A stretch of DNA of 64,000 nucleotides from Thermoanaerobaculia bacterium (GTDB lineage: Bacteria > Acidobacteriota > Thermoanaerobaculia > UBA5066). A program made the position numbers and the translations under genes. Location of the stretch: positions 640,001 to 704,000 of the forward strand of contig CAVRAY010000001.1 in NCBI GenBank assembly GCA_963719225.1, read 5' to 3'. Shown piece after piece: positions 19,501 to 29,814 of the stretch; positions within the stretch are counted from its first letter, which is position 1; every line of letters begins with the position of its first letter. The notes beneath the pieces are model-generated. The model had not been told where the DNA came from and ran no database searches. It saw only the letters and a program-made list of their open reading frames with translations.

Positions 19501-20472
19501 TCATGCCGTGTGCGCTCCGTCCTCCGGCGCGTCCGCCTCGCGGAAGCGCCGTCCCGTCTTCGCGATGAAGACATCCTCGAGCGACGGCGCACCGAGGGTT
19601 ACGGATTTGAAGGCGCCCGGGAACGCTTCGACGAGACGCGGCACGAACGTGTGCGCGGCCTGCCGCTCCACGCGGACCGTGGGTCCGACGACGGTAATCC
19701 GGCCGGCCTCGGCGCCGAAGCGGCTTTCGATCCGGGCGGCGAGCGCCGGCGCGCCCGCGTCGTCCTTCGACTCGACGGTCACGACGTCTCCGCCGAGTGT
19801 GGCCTTCAGCGCGGCGGGCGTGTCGAGCGCGAGGAGGCGTCCCCGGTCGAGGAGGCCGATGCGGTGTGCGGCCTCCGCCTCCTCGAAGAGGTGCGTCGTC
19901 AGGAGAATGGCCGTGCCCGCGCGGGCAAGAGAAGCGAGCGCGTCGATGAGATCGCGCCGCGCGCCCGGGTCGAGGCCGGTCGACGGCTCGTCGAGGAGGA
20001 GGACGGGAGGGGCGTGAAGGAGGGCCTTGGCAATCTCCACGCGCCGCGCGAGGCCGCCGGACAAAGTCTCGACGAGGTCGCCCGCCCGGTCCTCGAGATG
20101 GAACATTTCGAGCAGCTCGCCCATCCGCGCAGTCCGCGTTCCCGAGCGGAGCCCGTACAGGTCGCCTTGGAGCGCGAGGTTCTCCGCGACGGTCAGCTTC
20201 TTGTCGAGGCTCGGAGCCTGGAACACGACGCCGAGGCGCCGGCGGACGACGCGGCCCGCCACCGTGGGATCGAGCCCGTCGATCGAGAAGCTCCCTTCGC
20301 CAGGAGGCAGCAGGGTCGCGAGAATCCGGAAGAGGGTCGTCTTGCCGCCGCCGTTCGGGCCGAGGAGCGCGAAGATCTCGCCGCGCGAGACCGAAAACGT
20401 CACGTCCGTCAGCGCGGCGCGCGCGCCAAAGGCGCGGGAGAGGGAACGGGCTTCGACGGCGGGAGGCGTCAC
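19501..20472 (-). CDS. ABC transporter ATP-binding protein
   Basis: GPNGGGKT, LSGG, LLDEPSTGLD, PSLEDVF; GTG start approximate. Confidence 0.9.
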   Translation of the reverse strand: MTPPAVEARSLSRAFGARAALTDVTFSVSRGEIFALLGPNGGGKTTLFRILATLLPPGEGSFSIDGLDPTVAGRVVRRRLGVVFQAPSLDKKLTVAENLALQGDLYGLRSGTRTARMGELLEMFHLEDRAGDLVETLSGGLARRVEIAKALLHAPPVLLLDEPSTGLDPGARRDLIDALASLARAGTAILLTTHLFEEAEAAHRIGLLDRGRLLALDTPAALKATLGGDVVTVESKDDAGAPALAARIESRFGAEAGRITVVGPTVRVERQAAHTFVPRLVEAFPGAFKSVTLGAPSLEDVFIAKTGRRFREADAPEDGAHTA

Positions 20473-20497
20473 GTGTCGGGTGAGAGTTCTTTCGGCG

Positions 20498-21379
20498 TCA
20501 GATGCGGTCGAGGACGAGGAGGATGAGGATCGCCGGGAGCCAGCCGATCGACGCGAAGAAGAGGGAACGGGCGCGAATGTCCGTCGTCTCGCGCGCGAAG
20601 GCGAGCGAAGAGCGGAGGAAGAAGAGCGTGAGGATGAACGCTCCGACCGCATAGGCGAAGCCGGCCGTCCCGACGAGCGACGGCAGGAGGCTGATGGGAA
20701 GGAGGACGGTCGTCCAGAGAAGGGTCTGCCGGGCCGTGCGCGTGCCGGACGGGTCGATCACGGGAAGGATGCGCACGCCGGCGCGGGCGTAGTCGACACG
20801 GTGGCGCCATCCGATCGCGAAGAAATGCGGAAGCTGCCAGACGAAGAGGATCGCGAAGAGCGCGAGACCCGGAAGACCGAGGCCGCCAGCGGCCGCGGTG
20901 TATCCCCCGAGAGGCGGCAGCGCGCCGGGCACGGCGCCGACGATCGTGGAGGCGTGCGACCGCGTCTTCATCGGCGTGTAGAGGCAGACGTACGAGACGA
21001 GCGTGAAGGCCGCCAGAGCGGTCGTCAGAACGTTCGTGAAGAGGAAGAGCTCGACGAGGCCCGCGACCGAAAGCGCGCCCGCGAAAAGAGCCGCGCCCCG
21101 GAGGCTGATGCGGCCGGAGGGCAGGGGACGGTCCTGCGTGCGTTTCATCAGGCCGTCGAGATCCACCTCGCGCACCTGGTTGAACGCGCTCGTGCCGGAG
21201 GCGACGAGGGCGGTTCCCAGGAGCGTGTGGAGGAGGAGCGGGACGGCGAGAGACGAAAGCGGCCCGCTCGTGCCCGCGACGAAGCCGACGAAGGCCGTCA
21301 TCACGACGAAGACCGTGATGCGCGGCTTCGTGAGGGCGACGTAGGAGGCGAACGTGGAGGGGTTGCGACTCAGGCTCAT
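20498..21379 (-). CDS. ctaB: Protoheme IX farnesyltransferase (heme O synthase)
   Basis: LTKPRI, DGLMKRTQDRPLPSG, YTPMK, WQLPHF. Confidence 0.93.
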   Translation of the reverse strand: MSLSRNPSTFASYVALTKPRITVFVVMTAFVGFVAGTSGPLSSLAVPLLLHTLLGTALVASGTSAFNQVREVDLDGLMKRTQDRPLPSGRISLRGAALFAGALSVAGLVELFLFTNVLTTALAAFTLVSYVCLYTPMKTRSHASTIVGAVPGALPPLGGYTAAAGGLGLPGLALFAILFVWQLPHFFAIGWRHRVDYARAGVRILPVIDPSGTRTARQTLLWTTVLLPISLLPSLVGTAGFAYAVGAFILTLFFLRSSLAFARETTDIRARSLFFASIGWLPAILILLVLDRI

Positions 21380-22386
21380 GCGCGGATGGCGGAGCTTACC
21401 GCGTTCGCCCGATTCCGGCAGGCCCAGAGGCAGGCCGCGGCGAGGACGCCCGTGACCCAGCATAGGGCGCCCCCGGCGAGGTGGGCGGCGGTGAGGGACG
21501 GCGCCTTCCTGGACCAGATGGAGAGGGCGCCGAGCAGGACCTGAACGCCGACGAGGCCGAACCAGGCCGCGGCGAGTCTGGCGAAAACGGCGTTCCGCTC
21601 CGAGAGCCGCGCCAGCGCGCGCACGGCCGTGAGGACGAGGACGAGAACGACGACCGCTCCGATCCGGTGCGCGAGGTGGAGGCCCACGCCGCGGCGCTTG
21701 AGCTCTTCCGCGGAGGGCCAGAGGCCGCCGAAGGCCGTGGGGAAGTCGGGGATGGCAAGGCCGGCGCCGGTGTGACGCATGACCGCGCCGAGGACGATCT
21801 GGACGTAGATCGCCGTGGTCGCAATGACGACCCAGCGAAACGCGCGCATCGCTTCCGCATCCTTCGAAGAAGAATTCGGATTTTCTTCGAGTGGAAGAGA
21901 AAGAGGGCGCGCCGTCAAATCGTTCCAGGTTTTCGAGCACATGAGCGCGACGAGCGCGGTGAGGGCGAAGACGATCTCTGCGAGAGCGGCGTGCGCGGAG
22001 GAGACGGCAGGCGGAAGGAGAAGGATGACCGTCAAGCCGCCCAGAGCGGCCTGCAGAAGAATTGCGCCGAACGCGGCGGCTGCGAGGACCTTGACCGCTT
22101 TCTTACCCTCTAGGAAAAAAAGAAGAGCACCCAGCTCCAGACCTACCAATGTGGAGACCGCCGCCGCGATGAGCCTGTGGCCGTGCTCGAACAGGATGCC
22201 GCCGACCATCGGGGGCATGACTTTTCCGTACGAGAGCGGCCAGTCCGGGACGGCGAGGCCCGACCCGGTGGACGTGACGAGCGCACCCGCGACGAGGAGA
22301 ACGAACACTCCGAACGCGACGCCCCGCGTCGCGACCCTCAGAATTCCGGCATTCCGCGCGGCGTGCGCGTCCTGCTCCTTCGTCAG
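21376..22386 (-). CDS. ctaA: Heme A synthase (COX15/CtaA family); start uncertain (possible CTG)
   Basis: VTSTGSGLAVPDWP, EHGHR, VMRHTGAGLAIPDFP, HLAHR. Confidence 0.88.
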   Translation of the reverse strand: MTKEQDAHAARNAGILRVATRGVAFGVFVLLVAGALVTSTGSGLAVPDWPLSYGKVMPPMVGGILFEHGHRLIAAAVSTLVGLELGALLFFLEGKKAVKVLAAAAFGAILLQAALGGLTVILLLPPAVSSAHAALAEIVFALTALVALMCSKTWNDLTARPLSLPLEENPNSSSKDAEAMRAFRWVVIATTAIYVQIVLGAVMRHTGAGLAIPDFPTAFGGLWPSAEELKRRGVGLHLAHRIGAVVVLVLVLTAVRALARLSERNAVFARLAAAWFGLVGVQVLLGALSIWSRKAPSLTAAHLAGGALCWVTGVLAAACLWACRNRANAVSSAIRA

Positions 22387-23228
22387 GCTCCGGCCTTGAA
22401 CGTGAAGGCGAGCTGCTTGGACTCCGTCGCGCCGACCGTGACCTGCTGCGTCTGCGTGCCGAACTTCTCGTGCCACGCCTCGATCGTGTACGTGCCGGCC
22501 GGCAGGTTCTTGATCGCGTACGTGCCGTCCGCGGCCGTGACCGCGAAGAACGGGTGCGCGACGACGCCGCAGTAGGCGGACATCCAGCCGTGCACGTCGC
22601 ACTTGATGTGGATCATGACCTCGGGCTTGTCGAACTTCTTCGTGTACTTCATCCCCTTGACGGGCATCCCGAGGTTGAAGGACTCGTTCTTCTCCGGCAG
22701 GGAGTGGATGTTGTGGAGCGTGTCGTCGCTGTTCAGGATGTCGAGGCTCTGCCCGGCGACCATGCCGAAGACGTGCGGGTGGTACGTGCAGCCTTTCTGG
22801 TCGATGACGGCCGCGGCCGCGGGAGGCGGGTACGTTCCGGAGATTCCGGTCTTCACGTACACGAACACATCCTTGATGCCCCTGTCTGGCCCGATCTCGG
22901 CGTCCTGCTTGACCACCTCTCCGGGATGCTGCTTCGCGCAGAAGGCGTCGGCCGACATCTTGAATTTCTCGGCGGCCGGCACAGTGCCCTCGAAGACGAT
23001 CTTGCCGGTGACCGAGGCGGAGCCCGTCGCGCCGGCGGCCGGGCCCGCGGCGGAAGCTGCCGGGGCCGCGGGAGCCGCGGCGCCCTCCGTCGCGGCGCCC
23101 CTGGCGCGCGCGGACTTGGGCTGGTCCTCGTCCTCGTCCTTGCCGCCGCACCCGGCGGCGAGAACGGCCGCGAGCGCGGTGACGGCGCAGGCGGAGACGA
23201 AACGGAAGCGGATTGCAGGACCACTCAT
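22383..23228 (-). CDS. Lipoprotein with cupredoxin-like and carboxypeptidase-regulatory-like domains
   Basis: Lipobox LAAGC; DQKGCTYHPH, NSDDTLHNIH, KCDVHGWM; GTYAIKNLPAGTYTIEAWHE; GAGGAGG RBS. Confidence 0.8.
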   Translation of the reverse strand: MSGPAIRFRFVSACAVTALAAVLAAGCGGKDEDEDQPKSARARGAATEGAAAPAAPAASAAGPAAGATGSASVTGKIVFEGTVPAAEKFKMSADAFCAKQHPGEVVKQDAEIGPDRGIKDVFVYVKTGISGTYPPPAAAAVIDQKGCTYHPHVFGMVAGQSLDILNSDDTLHNIHSLPEKNESFNLGMPVKGMKYTKKFDKPEVMIHIKCDVHGWMSAYCGVVAHPFFAVTAADGTYAIKNLPAGTYTIEAWHEKFGTQTQQVTVGATESKQLAFTFKAGA

Positions 23229-23303
23229 GCGGGCCTCCTCGCGGAAGGATTTCCTTATCATGTGCCCCCGGTACGAGGGCAATCGATGATAGACAATCGC
23301 CGG

Positions 23304-24410
23304 ATGCGCGTCGAATTCGCAGTTCTTCGTCACGTCGAGATGCCTCTCAAGTTCCGCTTCCGCACGTCCTTCGGGGAGACGGGCGTGAAGAAGTTCGTCC
23401 TCCTCGAGCTTCGGTCCGACGGCCTTTCCGGATGGGGTGAGTGCGTCGCCGAAGAGGGGCCGTTCTATTCGCCCGAGACGACCGCCACGGCGTCCTCGAT
23501 CCTGACGTCGTTCCTCCTGCCGCTCGTCCTCGGCAAGTCGGTTTCGTCGCCCGAGGAGTTCGAGCGCCTCGCGGCGCGCATCCGCGGCAACCGGATGGCG
23601 AAGGCCGCCGTCGAATGCGCGCTGCGCGACCTCTTTGCCAAGGCGGCCGGCGTTCCGCTCGGAAAGTCGCTCGGAGGCTCGCGCGAGAAGATCGAGGTCG
23701 GCGTCTCGCTCGGCATCTCGCCCACGCCCGGGGAAACCGTCGAAAACGTGAAGAAGCACGTCGCGCAGGGCTATCGCCGCATCAAGCTGAAGATCGAGCC
23801 GGGCTCGGATCAGGACCGTCTGTCCGCCGTCCGCGACGCGTTTCCGGACATCACGCTCACGGTCGACGCGAACGCGGCCTACACGCTCGCGCAAGCCGAG
23901 GCGCTGTGCGCGCTCGACGCCTTCGGCCTCGACTACATGGAGCAGCCCCTGCATCACGAGGACCTCGTGGCGCACGCGGAGCTCGCGCGGACGCTGAAGA
24001 CCCCGATCTGCCTCGACGAGTCGATCCGCTCGGCCGCCGACGCGAGAGCCGCGATCCAGCTCGGCGCCTGCCAGGTCATCAACGTCAAGATCGGCCGCGT
24101 CGGGGGCCACGGCGAGGCCGTGCGGATCCACGACCTCGCGCTTGCCGCCGGCGTTCCCGTGTGGTGCGGGGGCATGCTCGAGGCCGGAATCGGTCGCGCC
24201 CACAACGTCGCCATCGCCAGCCTTCCGGGCTTCTCGAAGCCGGGCGACACGTCCTCGTCGTCGCGCTACTTCGAGGAGGACATCGTGGCGCCGGCTCTCG
24301 AGGCCACGGACGGACTCATGCCCGTGCCGAGCGGGCCCGGCATCGGGGTCGCGGTCCGGCCGGACGTCCTCTCGCGCGTCACGACGGGGATCCAGGAGCT
24401 TCGCGCGTGA
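23304..24410 (+). CDS. menC: o-succinylbenzoate synthase / N-succinylamino acid racemase (NSAR/OSBS, enolase superfamily)
   Basis: FRTSFG, KLKIEPG, VDANAAY, EQPL, CLDES, WCGGMLE, PGDTS. Confidence 0.9.
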   Translation: MRVEFAVLRHVEMPLKFRFRTSFGETGVKKFVLLELRSDGLSGWGECVAEEGPFYSPETTATASSILTSFLLPLVLGKSVSSPEEFERLAARIRGNRMAKAAVECALRDLFAKAAGVPLGKSLGGSREKIEVGVSLGISPTPGETVENVKKHVAQGYRRIKLKIEPGSDQDRLSAVRDAFPDITLTVDANAAYTLAQAEALCALDAFGLDYMEQPLHHEDLVAHAELARTLKTPICLDESIRSAADARAAIQLGACQVINVKIGRVGGHGEAVRIHDLALAAGVPVWCGGMLEAGIGRAHNVAIASLPGFSKPGDTSSSSRYFEEDIVAPALEATDGLMPVPSGPGIGVAVRPDVLSRVTTGIQELRA

Positions 24411-25549
24411 GCGCGCGCGTCGCCGATCTCGGTGCGCTGTTTCGCGCGCGCCAGGGTTCCATGCTCTCCGACCTCGAGGCTCTCGTCGTGCGCGAGAGCC
24501 CGTCCGGCGAGAGTGCGCTCGTCGGCGACCTCGCGGGCTGGATCGCGTCGCGACTCGAGGCCGCCGGGGTCTCGGCCGCGCGCGTGCCCTGCGCGGGCCG
24601 CGGCGACGCCCTCCTCGCGCGGGTCGGACCCGAGCGCGGAGGCACTCTCCTTCTCGGCCACCTCGACACGGTCTGGCCCGAAGGTACGCTGGAGGGAATT
24701 CCGTTTCGCATCGAGGAGGGTGTCGCCCGGGGACCCGGCGTCTTCGACATGAAGGGCGGCATCGCGGTCGCCCTGGCGGTCCTCGAGGCCGTGGCGCGGC
24801 GCGACGTGGCCCCCGCCGCGGGTCTCGCGCTCCTCCTCACGCCGGACGAGGAGGCCGGGACCCTCGCCTCGCGCGACCTGCTCGTCGCGGAAGCCCTGAA
24901 GCGCGATCGCGTCTTCGTCCTCGAGCCGTCCGGCGGAGGCGGCGCCGCGAAGATCGCGCGAAAAGGGGTCGGCCTCGTGACGGCGCGCTTCACCGGCGTA
25001 GCCGCGCACGCGGGGCTCGAGCCCGAGAAAGGAGCCTCGGCCCTTCTCGAGATGTCGCGTTTCGCGCTGTATGCCGACGCGCTCGCCGACGCCCCGTCCG
25101 GAACGTCGGTCGTGCCGACGGTGTCGGCGTCCGGCACGGTGACGAACGTCGTACCGGAGAGCGCGGTCCTCTCCGTGGATTTCCGGCTCTGGACCCGGAC
25201 GGAGGGCGAACGCGTCCTCGCGGGACTTCGCGCGTACCGTCCCGCCGACCCGCGTGTCCAGGTCGCGCTGGAGGGAGGCGTCAACCGTCCGCCCATGGAG
25301 CCGACCGAAGAATCGCTCGCGCTCTACAGGCGTGCGGCGACGCTCGCGAAGATGCTCGACTTCGATCTCGAAGCGGTTCGCGTGGGCGGCGGCTCCGACG
25401 GGAATCTCACGGCCTCGGCCGGCGTCCCGACGCTGGACGGCCTCGGGCCTTCGGGAGCCGGCGCGCATGCGCGCTCGGAGCACCTCCTCGTCGAGGATCT
25501 TCCCCGGCGCGCGGCTCTCCTCGCGGGCCTCCTCGAGGACGCGGCTTGA
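24407..25549 (+). CDS. M20 family metallopeptidase (carboxypeptidase G2-like)
   Basis: GHLDTVW, GPGVFDMKGG, PDEE, GGSDGN, GAHARSE; GTGA overlap. Confidence 0.9.
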   Translation: MSARVADLGALFRARQGSMLSDLEALVVRESPSGESALVGDLAGWIASRLEAAGVSAARVPCAGRGDALLARVGPERGGTLLLGHLDTVWPEGTLEGIPFRIEEGVARGPGVFDMKGGIAVALAVLEAVARRDVAPAAGLALLLTPDEEAGTLASRDLLVAEALKRDRVFVLEPSGGGGAAKIARKGVGLVTARFTGVAAHAGLEPEKGASALLEMSRFALYADALADAPSGTSVVPTVSASGTVTNVVPESAVLSVDFRLWTRTEGERVLAGLRAYRPADPRVQVALEGGVNRPPMEPTEESLALYRRAATLAKMLDFDLEAVRVGGGSDGNLTASAGVPTLDGLGPSGAGAHARSEHLLVEDLPRRAALLAGLLEDAA

Positions 25550-26322
25550 GCGGACGCCTCGTCGTCCGCGAGCTCCGGAGCCCGGAGGAGTTCATAGAGA
25601 CGACGCATGTCTCGAAAGCCGCCTGGGGATTCACCGAGCGCTCCCTCTCGCCCGCGAGCGACCTCGTGGCGGCGACCCACGCCGGCGGCCTCACGGCTGC
25701 GGCGTTCGAGGGAAAGAAGATGCTCGGCTTCGTGCACGGCATTCCGCGCACGAACCTCGGCGAACCGTGCCAGCACTCGCATCTCCTCGCGGTCCGGCCC
25801 GACGCGCAGGGTCGGGGACTCGGAGTGACGCTCAAGCTCTTTCAGCGCGCGTGGTGTCTCGAGCGCGGGATCCGGCTCGTGACCTGGACGTACGACCCGT
25901 TCCTCCTGAAGAACGCGAAGCTGAACATCGGTCGCTTGCGTGCGACGGTGCGGAGCCTCCTGCCGGACTTCTACGGCCACATGGGAGGCATCTACGCCGG
26001 TCTGCCGACGGACCGCTTCGAGGTGAACTGGCGTCTCGACGATCCGATCGTCGCGCGCGCGGCGCGCGGCGAAGGGCCGTCTCCCGAGAGCACGGACGAC
26101 GTCCCGGCAGTGACGCGGCCGGGAGCGTTTCCCGAAGGGAGACGGGTCCTCCTTCCGTTCCTCGCGGACGCGCCGCGCGTATATCGCACCGATCCGAAGC
26201 GAAGTCTGGCCGCGCGATTGAAGTTCCGGCGGCTTGCCACGGCGCTCTTCGCGAAAGGCTACGCCGTCACGGGCGTCGCGTCCCGAAACGGCGAGCCCGC
26301 GTACGTCCTCGACCGGATCTAG
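25546..26322 (+). CDS. GNAT N-acyltransferase (likely D-amino acid N-succinyltransferase)
   Basis: HSHLLAV..QGRGLG..LK, WTYDP..NAKLN, GLPTDRF; TTGA overlap; next to NSAR. Confidence 0.82.
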   Translation: MSGRLVVRELRSPEEFIETTHVSKAAWGFTERSLSPASDLVAATHAGGLTAAAFEGKKMLGFVHGIPRTNLGEPCQHSHLLAVRPDAQGRGLGVTLKLFQRAWCLERGIRLVTWTYDPFLLKNAKLNIGRLRATVRSLLPDFYGHMGGIYAGLPTDRFEVNWRLDDPIVARAARGEGPSPESTDDVPAVTRPGAFPEGRRVLLPFLADAPRVYRTDPKRSLAARLKFRRLATALFAKGYAVTGVASRNGEPAYVLDRI

Positions 26323-26352
26323 GTGATAGAGTTTTCGATCAGGAGGACGAAG

Positions 26353-26643
26353 ATGAAGAAGATTCTTCGAGTGCTGGTGCCCGCGGTTCTTCTGTTGATC
26401 GCCCCGGTCTTCGCTCAGGCCGCCGTCGACGACTTCCAGGTGACGGGCAACGTCACGGAGAAGACAGCCGACTCCATCACGGTCATGAAAGGCAAGGAGC
26501 GCTTCCAGATCGCGATCGACAAGGACACGAAGATGACCGGCGACGTGAAGGTCGGCGGCAAGGTCACGATCAAGTACAAGATGCACGCCAGCTCGATCGA
26601 GGCGAAAGAAGCGGCGGCAGCGAAACCCGCGAAGAAGAAGTAG
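26353..26643 (+). CDS. Small secreted OB-fold-like protein
   Basis: AGGAGG RBS; signal peptide; QVTGNV...DVKVGGKVTIKY. Confidence 0.8.
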   Translation: MKKILRVLVPAVLLLIAPVFAQAAVDDFQVTGNVTEKTADSITVMKGKERFQIAIDKDTKMTGDVKVGGKVTIKYKMHASSIEAKEAAAAKPAKKK

Positions 26644-26644
26644 G

Positions 26645-27727
26645 TCAGGCCTTCGCCAGCTCTTCCTTCAGCTTTTCGGCCTGGAAGTGCGCGACGAGCG
26701 GGTCGATCAGCTCGTCGAGCCGTCCGTCGAGAACGTCCGCGAGCCGGTGTGACGTGAATCCGATGCGATGGTCCGTCACCCGGCTCTGCGGGAAGTTGTA
26801 CGTCCGGATCTTCTCGGAGCGGTCGCCCGAGCCCACCATTTTCTTGCGGTCGGCGGCGTAGGCGGCTTCCTTCTTCGCGCGCTCGGCTTCGTAGATGCGG
26901 GCCTTGAGGACGCGCATCGCCTTCGCCTTGTTCTTGATCTGCGAGCGCTCGTCCTGGCACTGCACGACGACGCCCGTCGGGAGGTGCGTGAGGCGCACCG
27001 CCGAGTAAGTCGTATTGACGCCCTGGCCGCCCGGCCCTGACGCGCAGAAGAGATCCACGCGGACGTCCTTGTCAAGGATCTCCACGTCCACGTCCTCCGC
27101 CTCGGGCAGGACGGCGACCGTGGCCGCGGAGGTGTGTATGCGGCCGGCGGCCTCGGTGGCCGGGACGCGCTGCACGCGGTGAACGCCGCCTTCGTACTTC
27201 AGGCGCGAGTAGGCGCCCTCGCCTTCGACGATGGCCTGGACCTCCTTGAGGCCGCCGGCGCCGCCGGAGTCGCTCCGGTCGATGATCTCGACCTTCCAGC
27301 CGCGGTTCTCCGCGTAGCGCACGTACATCCTCAGGAGCTCCTCGGCGAAGAGAGCCGCCTCGTCGCCGCCGGTTCCCGCCCGGATCTCGAGGACGACGTT
27401 CTTGGCGTCGTTCGGGTCCCTGGGCAGGAGGAGAACGCGGATCTCCTCCAGCGTCGCCTCGCGCCGCGCCTTCAGCTCTTCGAGCTCCTGTTGCGCGATG
27501 GGGCGGAGCTCGTCCGCGGGCGGAAGCGTGTCGACGAGCTCCTGCACGCCGGCGAGCTGCGCGTCGACTCTCTTGCGCTCGCGGTTCTTCTCGACGATCG
27601 GCAGGATCTCGCGCATCGCCCGCATCGTCTTCGTCGCGAGGGCGTGGTCGGCGAGCACCTCGGGCGACGCGGCGCGGGCTTCGAGATCCGCGTAGCGGCG
27701 TTCGATCTCGTCGAGTTTCTGAAACAT
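26645..27727 (-). CDS. prfA: Peptide chain release factor 1
   Basis: [14 protein letters not shown] tripeptide, [17 protein letters not shown]. Confidence 0.97.
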   Translation of the reverse strand: MFQKLDEIERRYADLEARAASPEVLADHALATKTMRAMREILPIVEKNRERKRVDAQLAGVQELVDTLPPADELRPIAQQELEELKARREATLEEIRVLLLPRDPNDAKNVVLEIRAGTGGDEAALFAEELLRMYVRYAENRGWKVEIIDRSDSGGAGGLKEVQAIVEGEGAYSRLKYEGGVHRVQRVPATEAAGRIHTSAATVAVLPEAEDVDVEILDKDVRVDLFCASGPGGQGVNTTYSAVRLTHLPTGVVVQCQDERSQIKNKAKAMRVLKARIYEAERAKKEAAYAADRKKMVGSGDRSEKIRTYNFPQSRVTDHRIGFTSHRLADVLDGRLDELIDPLVAHFQAEKLKEELAKA

Positions 27728-27765
27728 GGGAGGCGGACGCGGGCGGCCCGGCAGGACCGCCGCGA

Positions 27766-28029
27766 TCAGGCAGTCGTGGAGACGGCGGGCTTGGCGGGCT
27801 TTTCCTTGGCGGGCGCGGCCGCGCCCTTGGGCGTGTTGGCGTAGCGCTTCTGGAAGCGCTCGACGCGGCCGGCCGTGTCGACGAGCTTGGATTTGCCCGT
27901 GAAGAACGGGTGGCAGTTCGAGCAGATCTCGAGGCGGAGCTCGTTCTTCGTGCTCTTGGTCTTCCACGTGTTCCCGCACGCACAGTGCACGGTCACGTCG
28001 TGGTATTCGGGGTGAATCTTCTCTTTCAT
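27766..28029 (-). CDS. rpmE: 50S ribosomal protein L31 (Zn-binding type)
   Basis: [32 protein letters not shown]. Confidence 0.97.
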   Translation of the reverse strand: MKEKIHPEYHDVTVHCACGNTWKTKSTKNELRLEICSNCHPFFTGKSKLVDTAGRVERFQKRYANTPKGAAAPAKEKPAKPAVSTTA

Positions 28030-28145
28030 CTCGGGGCTCCCTTCGCGGCTCCGCCGCGATGTGAGCGGCGCCGGAACCGCGGAGGATAACACGAGCACGG
28101 AGCCCGGGGAACCCCTGAACCGATTGTCCTTGCTAGACTTCGAGC

Positions 28146-29807
28146 GTGCTCGTCCTGAACGTGCGGGTGCCGGGGGAGCCGGCGCGCCGCATCCGGCTCG
28201 ACCGTCCCGTTCTGACCCTGGGCCGTTCCTCCACGAACGACGTGCCCCTCGGGGATCGCACGCTTTCCCGCGTCCACGCGCGGATCGAGGGCGTTCTCGA
28301 CGGCGGGCCGATCCGCCTCGTGGACCTCGGCTCGCGCAACGGCACTTCGTTGAACGGCGCACGCATCACGGAGCCGACGCCCCTTTCGGCCGGGGACCGC
28401 ATCCAGCTCGGCGAGACTCTCGTGGAGATCATCGAGGAATCCACCACCCGCGTCGTCATCGATCCCATCGGGGAAGAGAGCTCGAAGAGAACGACGTTCC
28501 TGCAGTCTTCCAAGGACCTCCTGCGCCCGCACAAACAGGAGAGGGACTCGAAGCTCGGGGCCGAGGAGCTCGCGCGCCTGAACGCTTCGCTGAGGATGCT
28601 CAACGAGATCTCCGTCGATCTTCTCGGCGACATCCCGCTGAACCGCCTGCTCGAGCTCATCCTCGAGAAGACCTTCACGTTCCTGCAGCCCGACCGCGGC
28701 CTCCTGATGCTCGCGGACGAGCACGGAGAGCTGAAGCCCGAGAAGGTGAAGTACGCGCCCGGCGTCGACCCGTCCGACATCCGGCTCAGCAAGACGCTGA
28801 TCCAGTCGGTCGTGGAAAAGAAGAACGGCGTCCTCCTCATCGACGCGGCGACGGACGCCGGCCTCGGCGCCGCCGAGTCCATCCGGATCCAGGGCATCAC
28901 GTCGTGCATGGCGGCCCCTCTTTTCGTCGAGGACAGGGTCATCGGCCTCATCTACCTCGAGGTCCGGCTCGGGCGCAAGAGCTTCAGCGAGGACGACCTG
29001 CGCCTCCTCACGTCGCTCGCGAACACGTCGGCCATCAAGATCCAGAACCTGCGCCTGCAGGAAGGCGCCGCGGCCCGCCAGCGCATCGAGCGCGAGATGG
29101 CGCTCGCATGGGACATTCAGCGGCGCCTGCTGCCGGAGGCCGAGCCCATCCTGCCGCACACGGAGCTCCTCGGGCGGACGGTTCCCTCGCGCACGGTCTC
29201 CGGCGACTACTACGATTTCTTCGAGCGGGGCGACAAGTCGCTCGACGTCGTGGTCGCGGACGTCAGCGGAAAGGGCATGGGCGCCTCGATCCTCGCGGCG
29301 TCGGTTCAGGCCGCGTTCCAGGCTTGGGCCGGCGAGCACTTCCCTCCGGACCGGCTCTGCTCGCGTCTCAACGAGATGGTCTTCCGTCGGACGAGCCCGG
29401 AGAAGTTCATCACGTTCTTCCTCGCGCTCTACGACCCCGAGACGGGCTCGGTCGTCTTCACGAACGCGGGCCACAACCCGGGCATCCTCGTGAGGGCCGC
29501 CGGCACGACGGAGCTCCTCGGCGCCCACGGGCCTCCGCTCGGACTCTTTCCCGGAAAGACGTACGGCTCGGGCACCTTCACCCTGGAGCCGGGCGATCTC
29601 CTCGCCCTCTACACCGACGGAGTGACCGAAGCCGCGAATCCCGAGGACGAGGAATTCGGGACGCAGCGCCTCGTCGACACGCTCGTGAAGGCGCGAGGCG
29701 GCACCGTCGCCGAGATCGAGGCCAGGCTCGGCGAGGGTCTTCTCGCGTTCACGGCGGGCACGCCCTTCGGAGACGACCGGACGTTCGTCCTTCTGAAGAG
29801 AAGCTAG
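28146..29807 (+). CDS. FHA-GAF-PP2C (SpoIIE/RsbU-like) Ser/Thr phosphatase
   Basis: [20 protein letters not shown]; GAF; PP2[29 protein letters not shown]. Confidence 0.92.
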   Translation: MLVLNVRVPGEPARRIRLDRPVLTLGRSSTNDVPLGDRTLSRVHARIEGVLDGGPIRLVDLGSRNGTSLNGARITEPTPLSAGDRIQLGETLVEIIEESTTRVVIDPIGEESSKRTTFLQSSKDLLRPHKQERDSKLGAEELARLNASLRMLNEISVDLLGDIPLNRLLELILEKTFTFLQPDRGLLMLADEHGELKPEKVKYAPGVDPSDIRLSKTLIQSVVEKKNGVLLIDAATDAGLGAAESIRIQGITSCMAAPLFVEDRVIGLIYLEVRLGRKSFSEDDLRLLTSLANTSAIKIQNLRLQEGAAARQRIEREMALAWDIQRRLLPEAEPILPHTELLGRTVPSRTVSGDYYDFFERGDKSLDVVVADVSGKGMGASILAASVQAAFQAWAGEHFPPDRLCSRLNEMVFRRTSPEKFITFFLALYDPETGSVVFTNAGHNPGILVRAAGTTELLGAHGPPLGLFPGKTYGSGTFTLEPGDLLALYTDGVTEAANPEDEEFGTQRLVDTLVKARGGTVAEIEARLGEGLLAFTAGTPFGDDRTFVLLKRS

Positions 29808-29814
29808 CCCGACC

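Noticed and set aside
23304-24410. Menaquinone biosynthesis cluster
   Set aside because: No other men genes nearby; the GNAT+M20 context indicates the NSAR pathway
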